Shown here: positions 1 to 8,526 of the stretch, one piece after another
Layout: each line of letters starts with the position of its first letter
Position numbering within the stretch: position 1 is the first letter of the stretch
Virus record (IMG/VR): IMGVR_UViG_3300044620_001243
Length of the DNA stretch: 64,000 nucleotides
Direction: 5' to 3' (one strand)
Source: a virus
Made by a program: the position numbers and the translations under genes
Notes under the pieces: model-generated
Seen by the model: the letters and a program-made list of their open reading frames with translations, nothing else
What the model was told of the DNA's origin: nothing
Databases searched by the model: none

Positions 1-142
1 TCTTATCAATGATTTCATTGATTTGTTTGTCCATTACTGTTATTTCTTGAGGAGAACTATTTGTAGTTCCTTCTGTTAATTGTACAGTGATTGTTTGATT
101 GTTAACTGCTTGATTGTTTTTTTTACATCCGCATCCGGCCAT
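1..142 (-). CDS. hypothetical protein, 5' part only (gene continues past left edge)
   Basis: Minus-strand ATG at 142-140 opens MAGCGCKKNNQAVNNQ... with no stop down to position 1; truncated, so absent from ORF track. Confidence 0.3.
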   Translation of the reverse strand, partial: MAGCGCKKNNQAVNNQTITVQLTEGTTNSSPQEITVMDKQINEIIDK

Positions 143-231
143 AATTAGTGTTTTTTTATAAATATTTGGTTTATTGAAAATAATTTACTATATTTTTGAT
201 GAAAAAATATTAAAATACAAACAAAAAGTAA

Positions 232-885
232 ATGGAAAAAGATTTTAAAATCGTAAAAAGTGTCCAACATTCAAACTATGAGGCGATAAAAAACATCATG
301 GAACTCTATGGTATAGAGAGATTTGACTTAGATTGCACCTACTCAAAAGGTAATTTTTGGAAAAATTTACCTGAACCATTACATAAAACCGACTTGTATC
401 CACATTATGAACATGTTATTGAGGCGAATTCTGAAAATTTACCATTCGAAGATGGTTCAATGAAAAGTATTATGTACGACCCACCTTTTGTTATTGCGGG
501 AAAAACATTTAAAGAAAACAGACCCGGAAGTTCGATTATAGCAAAAAGATTTGAAGGTTATACCACATATAAGGAATTACAAGAAAATTACCACAATACA
601 TTAAAAGAATTATATAGAATTTGTCAAAAAGATGGATTTGTGGTTATGAAATGTCAAGATACCGTGTCAGGGGGTAAACAACACTTTAGTCACGTAATGA
701 TAATGAATATGGCGTTTAAGCTTGGATTTTATCCATTAGATATGTTTGTTTTAATAAATAATGTGAGACTTAATAGTTTTGGTACAAAATGGACAAAACA
801 AGAACATTGTCGAAAATACCACAGTTATTTTTGGGTATTCAAAAAAATTAAACCAAAAGTTAATTATGATTTTATTGGGTTTTGA
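232..885 (+). CDS. DNA methyltransferase (N6-adenine/N4-cytosine class)
   Basis: 217 aa ORF with catalytic motif IV DPPF (SIMYDPPFVIAG); size typical of small phage methyltransferases. Confidence 0.55.
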   Translation: MEKDFKIVKSVQHSNYEAIKNIMELYGIERFDLDCTYSKGNFWKNLPEPLHKTDLYPHYEHVIEANSENLPFEDGSMKSIMYDPPFVIAGKTFKENRPGSSIIAKRFEGYTTYKELQENYHNTLKELYRICQKDGFVVMKCQDTVSGGKQHFSHVMIMNMAFKLGFYPLDMFVLINNVRLNSFGTKWTKQEHCRKYHSYFWVFKKIKPKVNYDFIGF

Positions 886-1235
886 GGTGAACCCAAATAC
901 ATATTAACCTTGTCTCCAACTTTCATACCTGAACACGTTCCCGATGGAAATTCAATTACATGGTCACCAATACCCGAATATCTTTTTGGGTTCATTTCGT
1001 TTCGACCAGCGGGTTCACAATTTAGGTGAATTTTACTGATTCGACCATTTAATATAAAAACAATATCCAAATTAATAAGACAATTTTTCATCCAAAATGA
1101 ATGATGACCAATTTTACCCATATTAAAAACCATACACCCGTCTAAATGGTCTCTACCCATCATACCTCTTTGGATTTCTTCTGGAGTCGATAGATATTCC
1201 GCAGAATACTTTTGGTTATTAATTATTACTGACAT
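864..1235 (-). CDS. DUF192-like protein
   Basis: 123 aa; pattern RGMMGR...GMVF...FWMKN..I.LDIVF recalled from the DUF192/COG1430 family; one of three minus-strand genes called. Confidence 0.45.
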   Translation of the reverse strand: MSVIINNQKYSAEYLSTPEEIQRGMMGRDHLDGCMVFNMGKIGHHSFWMKNCLINLDIVFILNGRISKIHLNCEPAGRNEMNPKRYSGIGDHVIEFPSGTCSGMKVGDKVNMYLGSPQNPIKS

Positions 1236-1284
1236 TTTTTTATAAATATTTGTTTATCTCATTATTTTTTTTTATATTTTAGAT

Positions 1285-1530
1285 ATGAGACCCATTTTTG
1301 ACGGAAACTTTAATTTTGAAAACCACATTGAGTTGGAATATGTTTTGGATAATTTAAATCCAAAAATAGCAATTAACATACTAGAATTAGGAATAGAACA
1401 GGGACTAAGGGAAGGTATATATGATTTGACCGAAGTTCATTGTTTATATAAATCACTTAGATTTTTAAAAAATTATGAAGATAAGAATAATAATTTATTC
1501 AATGATAATAATGATGGGGATAATAACTAA
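1285..1530 (+). CDS. hypothetical protein
   Basis: 81 aa ORF after divergent intergenic region; no motif recognised. Confidence 0.35.
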   Translation: MRPIFDGNFNFENHIELEYVLDNLNPKIAINILELGIEQGLREGIYDLTEVHCLYKSLRFLKNYEDKNNNLFNDNNDGDNN

Positions 1531-1634
1531 ATTATTTGTTGATACAACATACATATTTAATCATTATTTTTTGAATGGAATGATTTTCATGTCTTTAGTG
1601 AATATTTTATTAGAATATTTAATTAATAGAAAAA

Positions 1635-1859
1635 ATGGGTAAAATAGAAACTAAAAAATATTTATACGATTTTTTTATTCTTAAAAAGAAACATTTTTGG
1701 TTTTTAATACCAACCCCAATTTTTTATTATAATAAAGAAACGTTTTTTGAAACCGGTGTATATACACCATCATTTGGGTTTACATTTAGGTTTTTAAATA
1801 TTATGATTGGAATACAAATTCAAAAAAACTTATATATTAAAAATGAAAACAAAAATTGA
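1635..1859 (+). CDS. hypothetical small hydrophobic protein (doubtful)
   Basis: 74 aa ORF overlapping the glutamine synthetase start; low-complexity, F/I-rich. Confidence 0.2.
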   Translation: MGKIETKKYLYDFFILKKKHFWFLIPTPIFYYNKETFFETGVYTPSFGFTFRFLNIMIGIQIQKNLYIKNENKN

Positions 1860-2958
1860 ATACGTATGGTTAGATGGATATATATCTGAACCTAATTTAA
1901 GAAGTAAAATAAAAATAATCGATTACGCCAATCCATCAAGAATAACATTGGGGGATATACCTAATTGGGGGTTTGACGGTAGTTCAACAAAACAAGCCGA
2001 AGGTAATTTTTCTGACTGTTATCTTAAACCAATCAAATTATATCGTTCGGATAATAATGAATCAGATACGATTTACGTATTATGTGAAGTTTTGGATGGA
2101 GACAATAATACACATGACTCAAATACTCGAGCATTAATTGGTGATGAAGATATTGATTTTTGGGTGGGTTTCGAACAGGAGTACTTTATCAGAAAAGGTC
2201 ATAATCAAAACATTTTAGGATTTAACGGTACAATCATTGACCCACAAGGAAAATACTATTGTGGTGTTGGTGGACAAATGCATGGAAGACATCTAAGTGA
2301 TGAACATTTGGATATGTGTCTAAAGTATGGAATCAATATTGAAGGAACAAACGCAGAGGTTGCTATTGGTCAATGGGAATACCAAATATTTGGTAAGGGT
2401 AAAATATCAACATCAGATGACTTATGGATGTCTCGATATTTTCTTTATAAATTGGCCGAAAAATATGGATACCAAATTGATTTACATCCAAAACCTATTC
2501 AAATTGGTGAGTGGAATGGTTCAGGTTTACATACAAATTTTTCAAATAAAAAAATGAGAGAAGTTGGAGGAGAAGAATATTTTAACTCAATTTTTAAATC
2601 TTTTTCAAGTAGAACAAAAGAACACATTGATGCATATGGTTCCGATAACCATTTAAGATTAACCGGAAAGTATGAAACACAATCGATTGACAGGTTTAGT
2701 TGGGGATTTTCTGATAGGGGAGCGTCTATTAGGGTACCTAAAATGGTATCTGAAAATTGGACAGGGTATTTGGAAGACAGGAGACCGGCTTCACATGCTG
2801 ACCCATATAGAATTGTTAAAGTTATTTCAGATACGTTAAAATTTGCGGATGAATTATATAAAACGTTATATATGATGTATTACGAATCGGATGTTATTAA
2901 AAATGATTATGGTACATTAACAAAAGATGAACTTCTTAATGATTTCAAACAAGACTAA
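1843..2958 (+). CDS. glnII: glutamine synthetase, type II (eukaryote-like GSII)
   Basis: IEYVWLDG, WGFDGSSTKQAEG, GFEQEYF, NAEVAIGQWEYQI, HPKPI..GEWNGSGLHTNFS, RLTGKYETQSI..FSWG..DRGASIRVP match GSII signature blocks; start taken at second in-frame ATG (1843). Confidence 0.85.
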   Translation: MKTKIEYVWLDGYISEPNLRSKIKIIDYANPSRITLGDIPNWGFDGSSTKQAEGNFSDCYLKPIKLYRSDNNESDTIYVLCEVLDGDNNTHDSNTRALIGDEDIDFWVGFEQEYFIRKGHNQNILGFNGTIIDPQGKYYCGVGGQMHGRHLSDEHLDMCLKYGINIEGTNAEVAIGQWEYQIFGKGKISTSDDLWMSRYFLYKLAEKYGYQIDLHPKPIQIGEWNGSGLHTNFSNKKMREVGGEEYFNSIFKSFSSRTKEHIDAYGSDNHLRLTGKYETQSIDRFSWGFSDRGASIRVPKMVSENWTGYLEDRRPASHADPYRIVKVISDTLKFADELYKTLYMMYYESDVIKNDYGTLTKDELLNDFKQD

Positions 2959-3200
2959 TGTTTATACATATAACACCCGACGAACTCGAGGATGAATTTA
3001 AAAATTCTTGGAAAAGTGGATTGTTAACAAACGCTCACATTGATTACGCCACCAATGCGATTCATTGTTTATTTATGAATAGACAAGAAGTTATTGTTTT
3101 TAAATTCGATAAATATGGATTTATAAACGATAATCGATGTAACAAATATTCACTCTCTTCAGGTTCCGCTGGAATAACCATTAAAATAGAAAAAACATGA
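2958..3200 (+). CDS. hypothetical protein
   Basis: 80 aa ORF, ATG overlaps upstream stop (TAATG). Confidence 0.4.
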   Translation: MFIHITPDELEDEFKNSWKSGLLTNAHIDYATNAIHCLFMNRQEVIVFKFDKYGFINDNRCNKYSLSSGSAGITIKIEKT

Positions 3201-3367
3201 TACATCAAGAAATTTTAGACACATTTGTATTTGAAACAATAAATGGTCAGTTCGGTGTTTGCGACCCAACAGAATTCGACCAAATTATTGGTTATTACAG
3301 TACAAAAATTGAAGCTGAAAACGCTTTAAAAGAATATGTAACTCGAGAACAGATTGTTTTTGAATAA
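3197..3367 (+). CDS. hypothetical small protein
   Basis: 56-codon ORF (MIHQEILDTFVFETINGQ...) found by eye; fills the gap between neighbours; below ORF-track cutoff. Confidence 0.3.
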   Translation: MIHQEILDTFVFETINGQFGVCDPTEFDQIIGYYSTKIEAENALKEYVTREQIVFE

Positions 3368-3368
3368 T

Positions 3369-3734
3369 ATGAGTAGAATATTCTTAATCGATATTGATGG
3401 TACCATTTGTGATGATATCAGTAATGAAAATAGTCACCTTTATCCAAATGCAAAACCTATGGTTGGTGCTCAAAACATCATCAATAAATGGTACGATGAA
3501 GGAAATATCATTACTTTCTTTACCGCTCGTGAATCCAAAGACAGGACAATCACCGAAAATTGGTTAGATACACACGGATTCAAATATCATGGTTTGATTA
3601 TGGATAAACCGCGTATTCAAGATGGTCAAGAATACGTGTGGATTGATAATAGAAAAGTTAGAGCCATAACTTATCTTGGTACTTGGTCTGAGTTAACAGA
3701 AGTAGACGCTAAAATTCAAATGTTTAAAAAATGA
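3369..3734 (+). CDS. HAD-family phosphatase, resembles T4 Pnkp 3'-phosphatase domain
   Basis: DxDGT motif (FLIDIDGTICDD), TARESKDRT..W and IDNR blocks parallel the T4 Pnkp C-terminal domain as recalled; start moved to ATG 3369. Confidence 0.5.
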   Translation: MSRIFLIDIDGTICDDISNENSHLYPNAKPMVGAQNIINKWYDEGNIITFFTARESKDRTITENWLDTHGFKYHGLIMDKPRIQDGQEYVWIDNRKVRAITYLGTWSELTEVDAKIQMFKK

Positions 3735-3913
3735 ATATACGTTTAATAACAAAAATGAAAGAGATACAGACTTTTTATAGAGAAATAGGAAGTTTTTGTT
3801 ACGAATTGTATACGTTGATGTACGCATTCGCATTAAAAGAAAATATACCTTACGGCTTAGATATTCATCTGAAACTCATGGATGTAGTAGAAGAAGAATA
3901 TGCGGGAATTTGA
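3731..3913 (+). CDS. hypothetical protein
   Basis: 60 aa ORF, ATGA overlap with upstream gene. Confidence 0.35.
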   Translation: MNIRLITKMKEIQTFYREIGSFCYELYTLMYAFALKENIPYGLDIHLKLMDVVEEEYAGI

Positions 3914-3939
3914 TTTTTTTTGAATTTTTGTTATATTTG
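3909..3939 (+). promoter_or_regulatory. Bacteroidota-type promoter
   Basis: TTTG (3909-3912), 19 nt, TATATTTG (3932-3939). Confidence 0.5.
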
Positions 3940-3967
3940 TATTAAACCGAAAATTATTAAAAAAGTT

Positions 3968-4567
3968 ATGAACAACGAGATGAATAACAAAGGAGGAAAA
4001 ACAATTATTATTGATGATGCTAAAGCATTTTTCGAACATCTATCATTTTGGCATAACAAATCAGATGATGAGTGTATTGAATTAGCAACAAATGAATATG
4101 GTTTAGACGCCGAACAAGCATTGAGGAACATGTTCGAAAGAGATTTTGTTACTGGTATGAATAATAATTTAATTGAAGAACTTAAAAATTTAAGAGACAA
4201 TGAGGATGAAGAAAGATACAATCGGATTATTGATGATGCTTATAAGAATTTCAAGAATAATTTCCCGATGAAAAAATCTAACCCACCGAAAGACTATATT
4301 AATAGTAAAGGACAATTACTAACAAAAGAAGAATTCATCAACAAATGTAAAACCGATACAGAATTCTCCCAAAGGTGGGGATTGAAGATTGAACAACGAG
4401 AGTTGAGTTTGGAAGAAAGAGCAAAATGGTTACAAGATAATAAAGGATACGACTTATTGGTTGGTAATTTAGACCACGACCATATAAGAGAAGTTGTTGA
4501 AGAAGAAGCACCAACCAAACTAATCACAATAACATATAACGATAAAACAATAGAAAGCTATGAGTAA
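3968..4567 (+). CDS. hypothetical protein, paralog of 4865-5311 (shares a ThyA-insert-like segment)
   Basis: Start moved to ATG 3968 downstream of promoter 3909-3939; contains EEFINKCKTDTEFSQRWG..RELSLEER and C-terminal ITITYNDKTIESYE shared with 4865-5311. Confidence 0.6.
   Translation: MNNEMNNKGGKTIIIDDAKAFFEHLSFWHNKSDDECIELATNEYGLDAEQALRNMFERDFVTGMNNNLIEELKNLRDNEDEERYNRIIDDAYKNFKNNFPMKKSNPPKDYINSKGQLLTKEEFINKCKTDTEFSQRWGLKIEQRELSLEERAKWLQDNKGYDLLVGNLDHDHIREVVEEEAPTKLITITYNDKTIESYE
4544..4563 (+). repeat. gene-junction motif AAAACAATAGAAAGYTATGA, copy 1
   Basis: Contains the ATG of the downstream gene. Confidence 0.6.
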
Positions 4568-4868
4568 AGAAATTAGCCCTGTTATTATAGTAGCAGTAGA
4601 TTTAATGAAACGTGTTAATGAGGGTTTGGAAGTGGAATTCATAGGTGAAATGAAAAGAACAGAACCATCGGAATACTATCCAATTGGTCAGTTGGGGATT
4701 TCCACTAAAATGACCTTGTTAGGTCTTGAAGAAAATGTTTTTTTAGGAGCACAACAATGTGAAGACATGATAAACCCTCTCGGACATCTCTTAGCTGAGG
4801 ATTTAGTGATGACAGTTTTTAGAGACAAGCTAAAAGTATTATTTGAGCAGATAAGCCAAAATAATTGA
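4560..4868 (+). CDS. hypothetical protein
   Basis: 102 aa ORF, start embedded in the conserved junction motif. Confidence 0.5.
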   Translation: MSKEISPVIIVAVDLMKRVNEGLEVEFIGEMKRTEPSEYYPIGQLGISTKMTLLGLEENVFLGAQQCEDMINPLGHLLAEDLVMTVFRDKLKVLFEQISQNN

Positions 4869-5311
4869 AAATTATGAATAAAGAACAACAAGAATTATTG
4901 GATGATGTTTATGAGACATACACAAATTATCCATTAGCAACAATACAAGACCATCATACAAACATACTTTATCAAAATTTATACAAAGGTTGGTGTATTC
5001 TCATTGGTCTTTCTATCGTATCCCCGCACCCAACTAGACATCTAACAAAAGAAGAATTCATCAACAAATGTAAAACCGATACAGAATTCTCTGAAAGGTG
5101 GGGATTAAAAATTGAAGAACGAGAGTTGAGTTTGGAAGAGAGGAGTATTATAGCAAAATCAAACCACTATGAAGTATCTCAGAACATAAAGAGGTCTGTT
5201 CGTGTTGATGAAGACCGCACATTACATAAAAATTTGGATGAAATTAACATCCCAACAAAACTAATCACAATAACATACAACGATAAAACAATAGAAAGTT
5301 ATGAAAGTTAA
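4865..5311 (+). CDS. hypothetical protein, paralog of 3968-4567
   Basis: Shares about 100 nt (5042-5143) and the 3' end with 3968-4567. Confidence 0.6.
   Translation: MKIMNKEQQELLDDVYETYTNYPLATIQDHHTNILYQNLYKGWCILIGLSIVSPHPTRHLTKEEFINKCKTDTEFSERWGLKIEERELSLEERSIIAKSNHYEVSQNIKRSVRVDEDRTLHKNLDEINIPTKLITITYNDKTIESYES
5285..5304 (+). repeat. gene-junction motif, copy 2
   Basis: AAAACAATAGAAAGTTATGA. Confidence 0.6.
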
Positions 5312-5591
5312 AATTAATGAAAAATGGTTTGAGGGTAGATATGATGATGAAAGAAAATTTATTATACCTCTATCTGAAGAACAAGATGTGATTTTTTTTT
5401 ATAAATGGCAAAAAAAATGTAATCTTGGATTGAATGGACAAATACCTAAATCAGATTATGTGAAAGATGTTGAATATAAAAGAATTTGCGAGTCTGGTAT
5501 TTTAAATAATTGTTACCCAACACTAAACCTAAATGAAGATGCGGTATGGTTAAAATTTGATAGTTATAAAACAATAGAAAGTTATGAATAA
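5301..5591 (+). CDS. hypothetical protein
   Basis: 96 aa ORF ending ...KTIESYE in the junction motif. Confidence 0.5.
   Translation: MKVKINEKWFEGRYDDERKFIIPLSEEQDVIFFYKWQKKCNLGLNGQIPKSDYVKDVEYKRICESGILNNCYPTLNLNEDAVWLKFDSYKTIESYE
5568..5587 (+). repeat. gene-junction motif, copy 3
   Basis: AAAACAATAGAAAGTTATGA. Confidence 0.6.
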
Positions 5592-5862
5592 AGAAATCAA
5601 AAAAGGAAATCTGAATTACGACGGGTCAGGTAGAGCATACCCTGATAATCCACAAATAAAAGAAAATTGGGATTGTATTTGGGAAAATAATGGTAAACAT
5701 TATATGCTAGTTGGTAGTGATGAACACAAGAAGTGGGAAATTTACTTGGGTGAAATGATTAATGTTTGGATTGAACGTCGTGGGTATCTTGATTTTGATA
5801 CTGATGAACAGGAGATTATTGATTTTTACAATAAGACACAACAAAACAATAGAAAGTTATGA
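5584..5862 (+). CDS. hypothetical protein
   Basis: 92 aa ORF; reads the junction motif in a different frame. Confidence 0.5.
   Translation: MNKEIKKGNLNYDGSGRAYPDNPQIKENWDCIWENNGKHYMLVGSDEHKKWEIYLGEMINVWIERRGYLDFDTDEQEIIDFYNKTQQNNRKL
5843..5862 (+). repeat. gene-junction motif, copy 4 (read in a different frame by the upstream ORF)
   Basis: AAAACAATAGAAAGTTATGA. Confidence 0.6.
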
Positions 5863-6434
5863 AAGGAATATTAACAAGGAATGAAGATGGTATTTGGATG
5901 GTAAAATGGTCTGATTTACATTCATTCGGTCACGGAACGCATTGGTCTTATACAGAACTATCTAATGATAGTAATTCAATCAAGTACATTAAAGATGGTG
6001 AAATTAAATATAACGTACTTAAAGAAGGTTTGGAAGTTGATTTCGAAATTATAACATCAGGATACGATAGGGTAAACTTTACACCAAATAATTCAGCTAA
6101 ACTTATATTCCCAGAAGTTGATATTTTTGAAAAAGAAGGTTATATTAAAGAGTATGTTAAAGAAGGTGGTGACCTATGGTCAATATACAATATATCAACT
6201 ATTAGGGATGGTGGTACAATTATGTTAATAAGACCACCACAAAGTAAATTAAACCCAATTTATATTCATAAAGATTATTGGACATTACATGATGGTTATC
6301 CAACAACGGATGAAAATCTAATAACTAATACAAATGAACAATATTACATAATAGATAGGTTACAAAAATATAAAAGAGATTGTGAATTTAATTTACGACA
6401 AATTAAAGATATTATAGAAAAAATAAAGCTATGA
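5859..6434 (+). CDS. hypothetical protein
   Basis: 191 aa ORF in co-directional gene train. Confidence 0.55.
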   Translation: MKGILTRNEDGIWMVKWSDLHSFGHGTHWSYTELSNDSNSIKYIKDGEIKYNVLKEGLEVDFEIITSGYDRVNFTPNNSAKLIFPEVDIFEKEGYIKEYVKEGGDLWSIYNISTIRDGGTIMLIRPPQSKLNPIYIHKDYWTLHDGYPTTDENLITNTNEQYYIIDRLQKYKRDCEFNLRQIKDIIEKIKL

Positions 6435-6868
6435 ATAAAGAAATAATAAAAAATAAATTTGGTGATGAATCCGTGTGGAATCAACCAGAATTAAATGAAG
6501 GATTTGATAAATTTATTAAGGAAAAAACATCTCCCATAGGTGAGGGAAATGACCCGTGGAACTACAATATTCCATTAAATGAATTAAACATTAATATAAC
6601 AAAAGTAGAAGGACCTACATTTGAATACAATGGACGAGCATTCATTTGTCAAATTAGAAAAGCACCTCTGTTAAGAATCCATAATTTAGATGAAAACTTT
6701 TCAAATCTTACAGATAACTCTAGAATAAAAAAAGAGTTGGAGGATTTTATAAATGATAACTTCACCCATATCTACCAAGTTTTTGAGGAGAGATTATTGT
6801 CCTTTGTTGGTGATAATAGAGTGATGAACGAAATCAAATATGTCGTTAGAGGAACTAAAATAATTTAA
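6431..6868 (+). CDS. hypothetical protein
   Basis: 145 aa ORF, ATGA overlap. Confidence 0.5.
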   Translation: MNKEIIKNKFGDESVWNQPELNEGFDKFIKEKTSPIGEGNDPWNYNIPLNELNINITKVEGPTFEYNGRAFICQIRKAPLLRIHNLDENFSNLTDNSRIKKELEDFINDNFTHIYQVFEERLLSFVGDNRVMNEIKYVVRGTKII

Positions 6869-6870
6869 TT

Positions 6871-8016
6871 ATGAACAATTTAGATAAAAAATACATAGCA
6901 CTCCTACAAGACATACTTGATAATGGAGTAGAAAAGAAAGACAGGACAGGTACGGGGACTCTATCAGTATTCGGTAGACAAATCCGTCATTCTATGAAAG
7001 ATGGTTTCCCACTATTAACTACAAAGAAGATGTATTTCAAAGGAATTGTAACTGAATTGTTATGGTTCTTGCGTGGCGACACAAACATCAAATTCCTTGT
7101 TGATAATGATTGTCATATTTGGGATGGGGACGCATACAAAAACTATACCAAAAAAATGACATACCACCCAGAAGAAAATTGGTTAGATGATGGAATAGGT
7201 GGGAAAACTTATCGTCAACTCACACAAGAAGAATTCATTAACAAAATCAAGACAGATGATGAGTTTGCTAAGAAGTGGGGGTCGCTCGGGCCCGTGTATG
7301 GTAAGCAATGGAGAAGTTGGAGTAAATTAGAACTTACTGAGGTTGGTAAAGAATTATCTGAAATTTGGGATGGTAGAACACATACTAAACTTGATTTTCC
7401 GATAGACCAAATCGCAAACCTAATCAACGACCTTAAAACAAACCCAGACTCAAGACGATTGATGGTTAGTGCTTGGAATGTTGGAGAATTAGACCAAATG
7501 GTTCTTCCTCCTTGTCACTACAGCTTTCAAGTTTATACAAGAGAGTTGAGTTTACTAGAAAGATATGAACTGATGAAAAAATTAGATAATTGGGTGTCGG
7601 TTCACTACAAAGAGCCTAAGACAATGGAGTATATGGATAAACATAATATCCCAACCAGAGCAATCTCATTAATGTATAACGCCAGAAGCCAGGACGTACC
7701 ATTAGGAACGCCCTTCAACATAGCCTCCTATGCACTACTCTTGGAAATAATTGCAAAGATGGTTAATATGGTTCCTGATGAATTGATTACTAATATGGGG
7801 GATTGTCATATCTACCTCAATCAAATTGAAGGTATTAAAGAACAATTGACAAGAGAACCTTACACACTGCCAAAATTATTGGGAAAGGATGAATATTATT
7901 ACTTAATGGATTTGGATATTCCTTTCTCTGAAAAAATTGATGCATTCAAACCCGATTTTTGGAAATTGGAAAACTACCAATCTCACCCAGCAATTAAATT
8001 ACCATTATCAAATTAA
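6871..8016 (+). CDS. thyA: thymidylate synthase (ThyA), long form with extra insertions
   Basis: DRTGTGT, GFPLLTTKK, LGPVYGKQWRSW, DSRRLMVSAWN, catalytic LPPCH, PFNIASYALL, GDCHIY; 381 aa versus about 264 aa for E. coli ThyA. Confidence 0.9.
   Translation: MNNLDKKYIALLQDILDNGVEKKDRTGTGTLSVFGRQIRHSMKDGFPLLTTKKMYFKGIVTELLWFLRGDTNIKFLVDNDCHIWDGDAYKNYTKKMTYHPEENWLDDGIGGKTYRQLTQEEFINKIKTDDEFAKKWGSLGPVYGKQWRSWSKLELTEVGKELSEIWDGRTHTKLDFPIDQIANLINDLKTNPDSRRLMVSAWNVGELDQMVLPPCHYSFQVYTRELSLLERYELMKKLDNWVSVHYKEPKTMEYMDKHNIPTRAISLMYNARSQDVPLGTPFNIASYALLLEIIAKMVNMVPDELITNMGDCHIYLNQIEGIKEQLTREPYTLPKLLGKDEYYYLMDLDIPFSEKIDAFKPDFWKLENYQSHPAIKLPLSN
7991..8016 (+). repeat. thyA 3'-end repeat, copy 1
   Basis: CAATTAAATTACCATTATCAAATTAA. 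Confidence 0.6.
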
Positions 8017-8032
8017 CACACAAATAAACACT

Positions 8033-8206
8033 ATGAAAAATCTACAAATTGAAATAACCATCACCGATGGCGAAAAAGAGGCAAAGGCATCAATCAATGT
8101 TGGAGAATATCAAATGATGAAAGAACTACACAATGTTAGTTTAATAGATATGCAAGTTGATGTTTTACTCAATGAAATCAAAAAATCAATCACACCCATC
8201 AATTAA
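8033..8206 (+). CDS. hypothetical small protein (cassette flanked by a thyA 3'-end duplication)
   Basis: 57 aa from ATG 8033 (track ORF 7937 overlaps thyA); flanked by 26-nt repeats. Confidence 0.4.
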   Translation: MKNLQIEITITDGEKEAKASINVGEYQMMKELHNVSLIDMQVDVLLNEIKKSITPIN

Positions 8207-8225
8207 ATTACCGCTTTCAAATTAA
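8200..8225 (+). repeat. thyA 3'-end repeat, copy 2
   Basis: CAATTAAATTACCGCTTTCAAATTAA (3 mismatches); flanks ORF 8033-8206. Confidence 0.6.
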
Positions 8226-8228
8226 AAA

Positions 8229-8498
8229 ATGGAAAAATATTACATCAATGTTAAAATTTCTGGCGGAAAATCAGAAATTAGTGAAATTCTAAATCTTTTT
8301 GCTAAGATACAATATCTTGGAAATGTCGGTGCCACCCGCACAATTCCGGTCGTTGTTGATGGGGATGGGTCAGGTCAGTTACGATTTGAAACTATTGAAA
8401 CGGACAACAATATAATTGACAACTTTGAATTAGAAAATTTCAAAAGTCAAGTTGACTCAGGCATAGATAAACTAGATGACCATTGGATAGGGGAGTAA
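8229..8498 (+). CDS. hypothetical protein
   Basis: 89 aa ORF. Confidence 0.45.
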   Translation: MEKYYINVKISGGKSEISEILNLFAKIQYLGNVGATRTIPVVVDGDGSGQLRFETIETDNNIIDNFELENFKSQVDSGIDKLDDHWIGE

Positions 8499-8526
8499 TA
8501 CATTTAAAAATTAAAATTAAAAAATT

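Noticed and set aside
2327-2557. Nested + strand ORFs in alternate frames (2327-2557, 8630-8905, 34514-34708, 37638-37853, 58069-58263)
   Set aside because: They lie entirely inside longer ORFs with recognisable domains or repeats and have no independent start context.
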